DNA of 64,000 nt from Daphnia carinata. Taxonomy: Eukaryota. The position numbers and the translations under genes were made by a program. The notes under the pieces were generated by a model that saw nothing but the letters and a program-made list of their open reading frames with translations, was not told the DNA's origin and did no database searches. Location of the stretch: positions 8,990,001-9,054,000 of the forward strand of contig NC_081333.1 in the NCBI RefSeq assembly GCF_022539665.2. Direction: 5' to 3'. Shown here piece after piece: positions 18,101 to 32,300 of the stretch (positions within the stretch are counted from its first letter, which is position 1; every line of letters begins with the position of its first letter).

Positions 18101-21100
18101 AATGGATGTTCAGGGAGTTCATGTATAAAGGATTCGCAGCAATCGATTTCCCTTTTTTTTTTGCTCTAATAGAACAGCAGCGCTGTAAAGAAAAGAAGAG
18201 GTATTATACTACATGCGGGGGCAATCGAGTGATGGATGGATGCAGTCTGAAGGAAACGCGCAAACGCAGCAGCGTGAAAATAGAAGGCAATCCCGACGAC
18301 GAAAAGGAGCGTAAAGAAGTGTGATAAAACGAACAGAGAAGGCCATCTATATATAACACAATCAAGAAAAAAATGGCGATGATTATTCCAGTCACGAGTT
18401 TGACCAAGTTGCTAAAATATAGCGACACTAATCAGCTGTGTATTTGAACGTGGCGTTTTCGTTGAATATTTAAGCCATCCCGTTTGTGGTGATTTTTTTT
18501 TTGACATTTATGATTTCACGCGTGACTGTGCACACGTTTTTCTTTTTTCGCCCCGTCTGATTGTTACGTACACGCACTGGAATCCACATGCGGCAGAGAT
18601 GGGCTAATAATTCCCGCTGACTCTTGCACGATCCCGTAGCTTTTGTTCTCCGAAACCGGCACTTTGTCAATAATATGATGCTTTGCTGATGTCTGCTCTT
18701 TATAGTGAAATATATCCTTATATGATTATGTCCTCCTTGTGCATGTAGTGTGGCTAATTATTATGGACTTGTTATACACAGACCTATTCCTTATGTGCTG
18801 GCCTTAACATTTTTCTCGTTATACAGCGAAACTTATGAACAACGGAGGGTTAGAAAACTCTTTTCACGATAGTCATTTTCGACACGTCATAAGCAGACAT
18901 GTAAAGAAAAGAAAGGGAATAAAAAAAGACAATCACTGTTGAATAGACTACCGTGTGTTTTGGAAATAATATGAAAGGGCAATTTTAAAATGAAGAAAAA
19001 AGTACAAGAAAAACAGATTTTGCACAAAAGGAAAAAAATGCAAGTTCTTTCACTTTGCTAAACGAATTGTCCGTCCCTCTTTTTTAAGACCGATATCATA
19101 AATTGAAATTTAAAATAATTGAACCGGGGATGGTAAAAGCTGCCTTGCCTTAACGTGTGGGTGAAATGGAGGATGTGCTGAACGCCAAACGGTGGACATG
19201 GAATTATAGTAATGCTTTGATACCATCCATTTGTACATGTTGCGTAACGTTGGGTGCGCAGCAAAGATCAGAACATCGATTGCCATAGCGAGCGCACCCG
19301 TCAATTAGTTGATGGAGAACCTGCATCCCATCTGTAAATTATATTCGTTGTGTGTGTGTACAGCAGCACGTTATGCATTGTATCCTTTCTTGGTATTTGG
19401 AATTGTAGATGGGACATCACACAGAGCTCGCCTAGGCTGCAACATGTCTAATTTGCGATGCGGCATCCGTTATCCATTTATTAGCAGAAACGCATTAGGT
19501 ATATCGATGTAGCTTACGGAAGTGCTTTTAATGGTCTCAAAGCAATTTTAAAAAATAGTGACTTCAACCGAAGTGCGAGTAGATCTCTGTTTTTTTTGGA
19601 ACAAAGGATTTCAACTGAATTTTTCATCAGAGATAGAGAAAATTCCTAGAATATACCAATAGCTTGGGAGCAATTCCATTAACTGAAAATACGAATTATA
19701 GAACAGATACTTTGCTGGAACAGCAAAAAAGGGGAAAAAAAGATTTCCTCACTTAAGCCCATCTGAAAGTGAGATAGATGAAAGTACCCATATCGTCTAC
19801 GGACATATTACTTATTCGAAAACGTACCTGGTCACCTAAGCTCTCAATAGGCTTAAATACAGGTAAGGACCTCCGCATTTGATAGAAACTCCATTTGTTT
19901 ACATCTGGAAATGGATGCCCATTTATTACATAGTGCCTATTCATATAATATAATTAATTTTATGGTTCTTATCTCATCCTTTAGCTTGCAAATCGTTTCG
20001 TAACGTACACGTAATTTCACCTTGACCTTACAAGTTATATCCACAATATATAAGTATTTGTTTAAATTTATCGCTGAACTAAAATGTCTTTCGTCTGCTA
20101 GCTTTAGACATTTACAAGACCCCACATTGACCTTCCAAAAATCCCACACTTTTCTTTCTTACATTGTTCTGCATACATAGCCTCTAGATTCATTTTTAGA
20201 CATAACGCCCGGAGAGGAAAAAAAATATGACAAATGGATGGTAACATAAATAAGACTACGGAGCTTGTGAATATCCGACAGCCAATGGTACTTTGTAAAG
20301 CCATAACATAGAATCCAGTTTATAACTTCAAGCTTATTATTCCAGGCCTATAAGAGGACAGAGTTCCATTATGAGGAAAAAAAAGACGGTTCCAATATGT
20401 GTGCGTGCTGGACAGTATCTATACACACACACGTAGAAAATGGGCGGACGTGCGCAATGGTATAAACCTGCAGCAAGCTCCTCCCATTTTCTCTCGCCTC
20501 TGTTCAGCAGCTCTACACTACATAGAAAGTGAACATATAGACTATGTGACTTGTTCAAGTCTCCCCTCACTCTGTATGTATTTAACACTGTCTGTTGCTG
20601 CTATTCTGCTCCTGTTTGTTGCGCCGCCGCTGCTCCTGGATGATCCGCGTTTTTCTCTTCTTTTTACACACACACACACGGTGTCTCTTCTGCAGCAACC
20701 ATAAAAGAAGCTGTTGGATGGCAATCCGCTTTTAGTCTCAGCCATTCGGTTGGACAGTGCTGCGTCCGCAATTGTCGTCAAAAAATTTATAGAAATTACA
20801 CTGGTGACCTGAATTTGACACGGAAACATCATCAGAGCGTGAATAATATGAGTGTGAACGCTTTAACGGTATGAGGTTGTTATGTGATTGGCTTTGTGAT
20901 TCCATCTGCCTCGAAAGACGGGAAAATTGTCGTCATGATCTCGTCATCAGTTGGATCCAAATTTTAGGAAATGCTGGAGATGAGAGAAATCTAAAGAAAA
21001 GGTACAACATAAGAGGCCATCCATCATTTCTTCATGTCACCTAACGTCCGGTCGACTTCTTCTTGGACGGCCACTCGGAAGAAGTAGTTTAATCCCTTGT

Positions 21101-21400
21101 GCGCGCTCACCATTATTTGGAAACAAAAGAAAAGGCCTAAAACAAGAGAACGAAAATTCGTATTGTAAGGAAAAAAACGATTTCCAATTAGGTACGTTTT
21201 ACTTTACTCCCTCGCGCAATGGAACAATTTTTGACGGCACGTCATTTCTCGATGATCTTTTAAGAAAACGACGTTCGAAAAAATATAGTTCAAAAGAATT
21301 GAAAAGTAGAGAGAGAGAGAGCCAATCTGGCACAGGGTTTCATGTTCCATGTTCAACGTTATTAGCCTATACGTCGTTTGATTGGTTCCCTTTTGCTGTG

Positions 21401-21582
21401 TGTGTATTGCTATCTAACGATTTACTGGGTCTGCCATTTTTGTGTCTTCTTTTTTTTTCCTTTATTTTATTTTTCTTTTTTGGATCGTAACTGTGTATTG
21501 CTATCTAACGATTTACTGGGTCTGCCATTTTTGTGTCTTCTTTTTTTTTCCTTTATTTTATTTTTCTTTTTTGGATCGTAAC
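21401..21582. repeat. Perfect tandem duplication, 2 x 91 bp
   Basis: The unit tgtgtattgctatctaacgatttactgggtctgcc...ttttggatcgtaac occurs at 21401-21491 and again at 21492-21582, with matching homopolymer lengths. Confidence 0.95.
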
Positions 21583-23397
21583 TGATGTATTGTATAGAAA
21601 AAAGGAGAAAGAAAGCTTGCTCCTACAGCCTACCAAGTATTGACCACTGGTCTCAGAGAAAAATGTTCTCGATTATAACCTTATACTTGTTTATAACAAG
21701 ATCATATTGAAAGCAGGAGCTTTAATTGCTATCAAGTTCATTTTGACATTTAGTTCTGTGACTAAGGCACCATACGGATGCTATTAAACAATGTTACGTA
21801 TGCAAATTTAATGAACCGATGGCCAAACTCTAGGGAATTTTTAAACTTTCAACAAAAAACGTCGGATACGTTGCCGTATTATGTAGATCCAAGTTGCGCC
21901 GGAAAAAAATATCGAATCATCTAACGGCATCGTCAATACTACTCTAAATTTCGTTTTCTCAAACAGTCGAATTTAAAATTGATTTACCCTTTATTTCGTA
22001 TTCTGTTTGAAACAACTTTGTTTGTCAAACGAACAGTCAACTATTTCTACGAATGTCTGAAATTCTCTATTATTCGTGAAAAGACGCACGCATCCACGTA
22101 ACAAATAAAACTGTTTTTTTCTCCTTGATCGAATGAGACGTCCTATTTTTTTGTGTGTGTGCGGATGGGAGCCCCGGGGTCCGATTTCTTTTCCCTCTTC
22201 CATCACCTCGTATTAACCTGTATATAGTGCAATAACAACACAAAATTGGATCGCGTATCGACACTACTTTCGTGCGTTACCCATCTTACATTTTAAATTC
22301 TATATGGTGTCTCCATAGCACCATAGATCGGATCGACACATTTAGTCAACTTCTTTCGCTGTTATTAACCGGTCAAGTTCGTCCCGATGCAATTCTCTCG
22401 CGGACACATTCCCCCCTTCCATTATCTCGTTTGTTTTTATGTCTCGCACAATCCCTCCCTTGCGGCTTAGATAGGGGTTATTGGGTACCGTTTCGATAAC
22501 GTTTAAAGACAAAAATCATTACTTTACCATAGACAGGGAGATCGGCAGTCCATAAAACGTGATACAACGTTTGAATCCGATTGGTTATTATCCATCCCTG
22601 TAAAATAAAGCGAAAAACATTTAAAAACATATCCCCATGCGCTCGTGCTTTCGTGCAAGGCTATACTTAACACAGCATTAAATACAGACGGACGTGTGTT
22701 GTGTGTGCTGTAGATGCTGCGACAAGGGATTGCTGCAATTCGTCTTGATATCGACTCTCAGGCGGAGCCTAGTTATACAAGAGTTTTGAGCCAAAAGCTG
22801 CTGTCTATATTTTCAAGTGCATTATAAGTCTAAGAATAGAGAGATGTATAAAGAGTATAAAGCAAGAAAGAAGCAAGGGTGGCCCATACTACCCCGGTCG
22901 ATATGTTCTCAATATGTTACACAAGAGGCACCGTTCTATGGCAAAAGGTTTCGTCCTCTACCACCACCAATTGGCTGGTCTATATACTCATCTACATATG
23001 TGGTATCCCTTCTATGCTAGTCATACATCTTTTTTCTTCCTTGATCCTCCCTTTTTTTCGCCATCGTAGACGACTATGGAATCCATAACAAAAGATGTGC
23101 TCCACTTGCAGGCTGTCTCACATATTTATAGACTATCAGCAAATCAGCTTGTAATCTTCTGTTCTTGTAGATTTTTTACAAGCGCTGACTTTCTCTCTGC
23201 ACGTTTTTAGAGAAATAAGCCAATGATAAATTTGCCATTAGACCTAATTATTAAATGAGAAAAAAATCTTTAATTTCTAGGGCGATCTGCTACATGAAGA
23301 ATTCGAGGATTTATACCTTTTTATAATAAGATTTACAACAAAATTCTTTCGAAGAGAATTTGTTTCGTTGTGCTGCCGTTGTGCTTCATCAAAGAGG

Positions 23398-26300
23398 ATG
23401 AAAGGACGACTCCTCTTTCTGGATTCATCTACTACTTTCGTTCATCGACCATCTCAGCTACTGTTTCCACTCGCTTTTCTAATGCTACTCTTCCCATCGT
23501 CGCTCGTGGTCGTTACATCGGAGCCCGTCACGAAACCCAACACTCCATTGACTTTGTAAGTTAAAAACAGAGAAAAAAAAATTGATTCTTTAAGTATGCT
23601 ATATAAAGAAATTCATGTGAAATTCTCTTGAAAAACTGGATGACTCACCACACATGGAAAGGAATGATGTTCATTCAAAGATAACTAAGCAAACGAATCG
23701 GCATGCTGTCATGATCACAGAGTTTTTTTCGCAACAGCGACCGCAATCCTTCTGAACTAACTCTTCCTCCAATCACGATAGAAAAGGTCCGAAAAAAAGG
23801 AATGGTTGAACTGTTTGATCTTGAAGAGGGACATCAGTCGAAAGAGCACACGTACCTATATGCGAATTGCCGGTTCAACGGATTCTTCTGATGTTGAAAA
23901 ATTGTGTTGAACAGCTACCAATTGGATGGTAGCAACATTTGGCTGATTGGCTTTTCGGTCACATGCTCGTGTTCACCGAGCTCAAACCAAAGAAAAGTCG
24001 GACAGAGAAAATGACCTTGTTAGGCTATCCATACATGTGTGGATATTATCCTGCTGTCAATGAAACAGAGGGGAAGGGTTCAATAATCCGACATTGAATA
24101 TAAAATCGTATTACCTGATTCGGTGATTCCTTTTCGCCAAACTTTTTTTTTACGTTTCCCTTCGTCGTTGACACAGAAACTAGAAAACAAGTGGTCAGTT
24201 CTAATGAATGCTGAGGTGCATAAATCTTGACAGCTTAAATCCTATGACACATTTAAAGAGAATAAACTTAAACACGAAAACACAGAAATGTGAAAAATAG
24301 CAGTGCAAAAGTTTTGCACAGCTGTGCTCATTATTACGCCATTGCTGCGGTAGCACCATTCAGAGATTCACTTGTTTTACACGTGTGCGAGAACACTGGA
24401 GACCATACTGCTTTATACATTCCCTCTAAAGTTCCCCCACTTCTCGCGAAAACACTATACGCCCGTCTACGTGCAGAGAGCATCAACTTCTTGATTAACA
24501 ACACAGAGAGGATCCTTTGCGATGAGTTTACTCCATGCCAAAGTGTTACTTTTCTCCTGTATTTTTTTTCCCGCCAACTCAGAGTGAAATTCTCACTCTG
24601 CTCTGCAAACTCTGTTTTGTTGTGTTTATATTGCCTCAGGGTCTCTCTGGAAAGAGCCATATCTTTGCGTTACAACACCCAAAGCGTACATTGAACTAAA
24701 TATACCCGATGGAATATACTCGTAGAAAACGGAAGGTGATACTGGTGTTAAGTGTCTTTTGAGTTGCACTGCACAGATCTTGCCACCTCGTTTGCCGATA
24801 TGCTGAGACGAAGCATCGGCTGTATTGCCACATCTAATTTTTTAAACTTCATTTTCGTTTCATTTTTTATTTCAAAGCGGTAGTGAAAGTAGCTATTATA
24901 GTCGGAAAAAAACGAGTGCCGATTCTTTGGCTGATATGAAACCGACGTCAGTAGCTGATCTTATGGAAAATTACGATTTTGAACAAGCCAACAATCCGTC
25001 AACGTCGCAGCTACCTCCGGGTAGTGACGAAACGTTCATTACGCGCCAAAATGTTGTTCATCACCACCACCAACAGACGGATATTCCACTCCAGTTGAGC
25101 GACATCCTACCAGCCGATCGTCGGTCCTACGACAAAATGGAACCACCAAAAAGAGATGGTATTGTTAATTATGGAAATATATGTAGTGCGTAGAATAAGC
25201 TTGTAGAGTATATGCACAGAGGAGCAATCACAAGTAATAATCAAGACAGAATTTTGGAAGAGTTTGTCAAGATGTAGACGGGGATTTACTTACTTTAATC
25301 GAGTTGCTGTACATTGAATTGCATAGAAATATGATTTTCAGAAGCTTTTCTGCATTCATAGTAACATTCATTTCTTATGGGGTTTTATCTTTTGAAATGT
25401 TAAGTAGAAATTTTAAGTTTGCTGTTTAATGTTTAGATGCACTTTCATTCTAGAATTTTGATAAAAGCTTCAGAATACTTGTACAATGTGTTTCCATTTT
25501 GTTTTGTCGAAAAAAAGGCAAACCGACGACCGTCTTCTTCCACGTCACCGTCATGAGTTTGGATTCCATCGACGAGAGCTCAATGGTAAGTGTGTCTACA
25601 CGAGATTCTTTTTTTCTTATTTGCCCGTTTCCCTTTTACATGTGTATATGGATTTGCGTAGTGACACACTGTCGAAAAAGCGTGGGCCGGATGTTGTGTC
25701 GAGTGAACGCTTTAGACTGGGTCTAAGATGTACACGTAAAGGATACAGAGTTGGTCGATTGCTATGGTTACACACACACACAAGACCAAACTAACTCTTC
25801 TCGTGTGTCTGTAGTCTCTCAATTGGATTGCTGATTTCGTGTAGACGTCCACGAACCACTGCAACGATTCTTCTCGGTCTTTTTTGGAGTAGGAGACGGA
25901 TACTTGTTTGTGTGTAAATCAACAGCAACAGGAACGTTGTCCAACGTCGAAACGATTTAAATGCTTGAAACAACTTTATGTTGTCGTTGCATTGACGTTA
26001 AATAAACAAAAAGATCGTTCAGAGACGAATGGATGACGTTCAATAGAATCACATAACCGATCAAAACGTAGAAATGGTTTTTGATAATCTATGAAAACTA
26101 AGCAGTTCTATTTTATTGTTCATCCCACGTTCTGTAAATGGCATCCCACGCGAAAACACAGACGTTCGCGGCCGACATTTTCTTCTCGCAAACGTGGCAA
26201 GATTACCGGCTGCGTTTCCCGGACAACCTGACGGCCGACTACCGACTGCTGCCCACCTCCTGGCTCAATTCCATGTGGAGACCCGACTCGTTTTTCAAAA

Positions 26301-29300
26301 ACGCCAAAAAAGTCACTTTCCAGGATATCACCATACCCAACCACTACATCTGGCTCTACAAGGATAAGAGCATTCTCTACATGGTCAAGTAAGAATCTTT
26401 TCATTCCATGTCGTCATTGCTTTAACTCAAATGTACAGTTCTGATTCTGTGTATGGCCGTTTTCTTTTCCCAATGGGGGGAAACAGTAAAGGATCACCTC
26501 GATCGATTTCTCAGTGAAAGTTGGTGAACGACGGTGCACCGGTTTGTTTGTCGCTATGTGTAAAACGCGAGGGACGAAAAATTCAATTCCTTGAGAACGA
26601 GGGAAAGCTATTAAATAGATCTATATTGCATCGAGAGAAAAATAAATATCGTTTGATCTTTTTTTTTTATTGAAGCGGGTAGGCAATAGAGCGTCTTTAT
26701 TTATGTATAGGGGGAAAGTGGGGGGGGGGGGGGCGGACTTTGTTTACTATGTGCGTTGCCACCATAGTATAGTATCTTCTCCCTAATGTAATGGGATAGT
26801 TACAGCCTACGGTTATATTACCGTTACGGAACGAAATCCCGATTACATTGATCCCTATCCTTAATATCAGTCTCTTCACGACAATTTTCTTTTTTACCTA
26901 TTAATCAATAAACAGCCAATAGCTATTTAGCTCCTTTTTTCCTGTCCGCATTCAGTCTGGGATTATTACATTGTGCATGTCCGACATTTTCCCGTTTGAT
27001 GCGATGAAGAGATCTTTCAAGTGTCAATTAAGCCCATCAGATCAATTCGAAGTTAGACTTTGTACCTATTAAAATGATGGACTCCTTTCTCGGCCCGTCT
27101 TGGCCAATCTCTTTGATAAGATGCGTAATGTAAGTTGCCCAACAAGTTCGCATTAGGCTGCCTGAATATGATATTTCCTCGCAAATACTTTTCAGTTAGT
27201 AAAAAAAAAAATCATTTGAAAAAATTGTGTAATTTTTAAATGGTTGAAGAAGTTATGTATAAAATGCAGCCGAGTGTGGGAATGAATTTCTTAGAATCGT
27301 CTCGTAATGTAAAGGGTATAAGAAGAGCGATGCTAATTGGATCTTGAATGGAACGGAAATTACCTAAATAAAAAGGTGTACCAGAAAGCGGGAAAATGAG
27401 GACGTTCAAACTTTGCTATTACCAACAGCGTCCTGAATTTTAACAAACAATATTTTTGCATGTGTTGCCATAAATCATTTGATTTTTCATTTTTTCTTCA
27501 TTTTCAATGCCATCTATGAAAACAAAAAATGCAGATTGACGTTGATCCTGTCGTGCTCGATGAATTTCCATCTCTACCCGCACGACACGCAGCAGTGCGC
27601 CATGAAGATTGAAAGTCGTAAGTGAACAGTTCTATAAACGCAATGAATACTAGCATAAGAATCGATAGCATCAGGCTTAAACATCTCTATTGTACACGTC
27701 ATCATAGAGCATGTATGGACTTGATTATCAACATCAAAGAAAGGGAGAGATAGCAAATGATTGCAACAGTTTGCTGATGTGTATCGAGTTAATGGTTTTC
27801 GCTATTTCAGTGAAGGCACAATCCCATTTCTCGCATGCAAAATCATAAATCATCGTGGCAATTGAGCGGATCCCGTTCGCATCCGTTTTCAAATGCTGCG
27901 ATGGGAAATGCGAATGGAAATGCGGAAATAGACAAAATAAATCCTGGCAATGATTTATTTGATATCGATCGTCTTTTATTTTTTTTATTTTTTAAACAAG
28001 TTTCTCACACGACGGACGATTTAGTTTTCAATTGGGAATTGAAAACGCCTTTAGTCGTCGACGACCGCATCGAACTGCCGCAATTAGACCTCGTCAATTC
28101 GGCCATTGGCGACTGCCTTCAAGTGTATTCCACCGGTAAAAAAAACGCTTTAAATCAATTAGCTCTTAATGAATCATCATAATAAAAACCCTCCCTTTTT
28201 ATTATGGCCACGATGAAGGTAATTTCACATGCTTGGAGGTGATCCTCTCCTTCCGACGCCGTCTCGGCTACTATCTGTTCCACACGTACATCCCAACATG
28301 CCTGATCGTCGTCATGTCCTGGATCTCCTTCTGGATACGGCCGGAAGCCGTGCCGGCACGAGTCACGCTGGGAGTCACATCCCTCCTGACGCTGCACACC
28401 CAGCATGCCAATTCGCAGAAGGCTCTGCCACCCGTCTCTTACATTAAGGTCAAGTCAATCGTGAATAATCGATTGCTTTTGCGTGTTTACCTACCCGCGT
28501 CTAGACGATACATTTGTCCCTTTCGGGCATTCAATGGCACTGCACAGTCAAACATGGCTGATCTATCTGAACAAGTATTGAAATCGATACCGCGGCCAGG
28601 TCGCTTTATCGTCCCGCCCAGTATTTTTCGCCCCTAAAAAAAAAAAAATCCATGTTGGCAAGGAAGTATTCCCTGGTTGGAAAAAAAAGGGACGAATCAG
28701 TATGTAGCGATGGAAACCAAACAGTAAACAATAGGATTTGCATTCATATCGATTTAAGACGTCGTGGGTGATTGTGTGTCCGTATCGCAGTGGGCTGCAC
28801 GATTGCGTTTTAGCGATCCATATTTTTTGGGGAGTGCGAAGGATTTTGGATGGAGGGATTGACAATTTTTCCAAGTCAAATGAATCCTGGAGATCTACAG
28901 GGAAATCCTTTTGTATAAGAAATATCTTTTTCGAGCTTGACCCTACACAAGGCGAAGATGCCCACAAAGATATTGTACAGACAATCCGCAATATTCCGCG
29001 TCGGGAACAACAACAGAGCGGAAATGAGTATGTAAATATATAACAAAAGTATATATACATATAGATATTATACATAGCTAGGGAGAGTCCTCCCCCCTAC
29101 TTTTTTTATTATTATTCAAATTTCCATCGTGATGACAAAGTATTAATTCCAACTGAAAAGTCTCACTTTTATTTCTTTACATTTATACATGGTCGCATTT
29201 TTATATCTCAGCCCTGCTCGCCAAGTTTATCATAGCGTGTGATGATAAAAAAAAAGGATACGAAAAAAAAAGAATATCAAAGTAAGAGGTCGGTCACATT

Positions 29301-32300
29301 CCGGATGGATGCAAACCTCTTCTTTCTTTTTTTTTTTTGCATGCAACCGCGAACCGCAACGATGGATGTACGTCACGGTCTGGAATAGATCGAAGTTTTG
29401 CTAGTACATATATGTATTTTTCTCCTCTTGAAACTCGTGGCAAGTTGACCGACAAACAACGATTTAGTGTGAAAAAGTTAACGTTAAAAAAGAAAAAAAA
29501 AAGTACTTGGGTATTTGCGATGAGCTTTTGTGTGTCCAGCTGGACAAGGAGCAATCGGATCCGATGGCTGGCCAAAACTCGAAAAAAAAAAGAATAAAAG
29601 AACGGAAGGCATAGATCATCAAACTCTTTAACTTCTTTGAATATTTTTTTTCCGTGTTTATGCGGTTTAGAAATAAAAATTATCTTTTTTGGAAGGAGTT
29701 GAAAAATGTTTTGGTTGCGTGCGCATCTCATTGCTTTTTGACATTTGATGAATAGACAAGACGCCAGCGAGAGGGCTGATATGTTGAAATGCCGTTAAAG
29801 AAATCGATGGTAGCCAACAGCGACGCTGGATTAACTATTCGTCCTCGAAACGTTATTCCCCCCATCCTTTTTCTTCGAAAAAAAAAAGAACTGATAGAAA
29901 CTCACGCAAAGCCCAAAGAGCTTTCGTTCTCCAAGTGCAAAGACTTAAAAAAAAAATGAACTTCTTTTTTTGTGAACGTTGTAGGCTATTGACGTGTTCA
30001 TGTCCGGCTGCACCGTCTTCGTCTTTTTCTCGCTGATGGAGTACGCCCTGGTCAACATCCTCATGGGCGACATCGTCGACGGCGAAGAGAGCGCCCTCAA
30101 GAAAGGCATGAAGTCCATGTTTATGACATCCGGTGGCAACAACAGGGGCGGATCGTCTCGAGTGCCAACGACGACCAGTCAACAAGTATGTAGCCACGTT
30201 CCAATCTTAAAAAATACTGTATACGCTAAAATGTTTGATAGTTCATTAGTCTTATTTTAAAAGGGAATCTCTTGTATTCAATGAGGCCATTCCCGGAGAT
30301 CAGGTTTTTAAAAAAATTTATCGTAAGCGATGTATTGATCCCGCTCGTCTGTTTTGGATATGGAACGGTGATGTAATTCAAAGGAAAATGCATGAAAGCA
30401 TCTGGATGTCATTACATCCGAATTCCAGCACCCACAGGAGGCAACAATGAGAGATAGAGCTCTGTTATAACATAATAAGCAGTAGGCCTATCAAACATTT
30501 ATTTGATGAGTTCGAGGGCTATCGTTTTTCGTGAAGAGCAATTGTAACACGAAACGACGCCAATAGTATTTTATAATTGCCCACCAAAGTTCGTGACTTT
30601 GTGTTCGCTTTTGACAGCACATGTTTGTTTTAGCTTTCGTCCTAATTGTGTTTCGCTTGTTTCCATTTTATGGACGTGGTCCTTTCAACAGTTGATGGAA
30701 ATCCAACCGCATTGCATGCTGAAGAATCCCGCAGCGCAGCCGTCAACGTCGATGCAACGATCGAAGAGTATGATGACACCATCGATGAGTTGTTACAGAC
30801 CACAACAACAGCAGACGAGATGCGCTAGCAGCCGACAGCATCACGCCGTGGAAATCCATCATCTGGACGATGAGAGCGGATCGTTGGCGGGGAGACTGGC
30901 TGGCAGATCGCCTTCGCTCGCCGAACAACGAAGAGAACCACAAACAATCATTCCGGCCGCAGTTTCTTCTCGACATGGTAATAACACATTTTTCATCCTG
31001 AAATATTTAGATTTTTAAAATAATAATTAGTTTTTTTTCCATGGCATAACTGATAACGATACGATCCGATTACGTGACTGGGCGATTTTTTGTCCTAGAT
31101 GAGGATATGCAGTCATCTTATAATAGAGATTATAAGAGAGTGTGTACGCCATTAGTACTTGTAAAAAAAAGAGGGGGAAAGGAAGGGGAAAAAATACGAA
31201 GCAAAAGCATCTCATTAGAATCGAAGGAATGCATAAAACACAATCATAACGAGGGTTACTGATGAACAAGAGCCGGTACGAGCACCTCAAAGCTCAAATC
31301 TTTTTTTTTTTTTTTTATCCGTCTCTAATTAAAACTGGAGCCGTCTAATTTTATTAAGTGTTGAAACGACGTGAACGAGCTGAGAAAATGAAATCATCGT
31401 CGGGGGGCACATTTTCTAAAGTGATGTATTCTCGAACGATGTCTGATCTCATTTGCATCGTCGTGCGCTTTTTTTTTTTTTAAGTTTTTGTTATGTCCTT
31501 TCATCATCCGATTTTCTGTCAAATTTCTTTCGTTTTCTCGTGTGCGGTCCTGATACGAGGACCGAATCTTGCATCTCATTAAGAATGTCCTGTCTTTAAC
31601 CCGACCCGTCTGAACTTGTCCGGGCGCGTGCTGTTGCCATAGTTGCAACTGTCTTGTTAATGAACCGAAACTGCTCCACAACCTTAGCATCGTCAACTTT
31701 GATTTACAAAAAATAATTTCATGTTCAACGTGGGCCCAAGACGAAACTCTGTAAACTCAACAGCGTTCTCTTTCCGGAGCTTGGCTTGCCTCATCAGCCA
31801 AACCGGTGTTACATTTAAATACGGTCCGTATCGCTTCCACACCGCATCGTTTAAATTAGAATTTGATATCCTTTTTTTTGTGTGTGTAGAACTTTTTGGG
31901 CGTCGGTAAACTTTAAAATTGATTGATTTATTTTTTTTTTTTTTCCTCTTGGGGGGAACATCTGTCAGTTCTTCAGGACGACATCTTTTTTTTTGCGTGT
32001 GATCCATTTCAATAGCGATCACGATCCTTCTGGCATCGACGCCTTCATCAGGGAAATAAAAGGTCGCCAGGAAAGGGTCTTATAAAAATATATATACAGT
32101 ATGCCTATAGTTTTTTGTCAATTTCGATTTCTAAAGACTTTGTTTTTGATGGAGTCTTTATAACATGTCCTTTCACGTGAGCATACAGAAAATGCTTAAC
32201 TTTGTCCTCGCGGGACCCGTCGGAAACTTTTTTATTTGGGAAAAGTTTTGATGGTTTTTGATTTTGTCTGTGCCCGTAGAGAGAAGGCGACAAACAAAAC

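Noticed and set aside
21401..21582. CRISPR-like or transposon terminal repeat interpretation of the 91-bp duplication
   Set aside because: The copies are directly adjacent with no spacer, there are no cas or transposase genes, and the context is eukaryotic.
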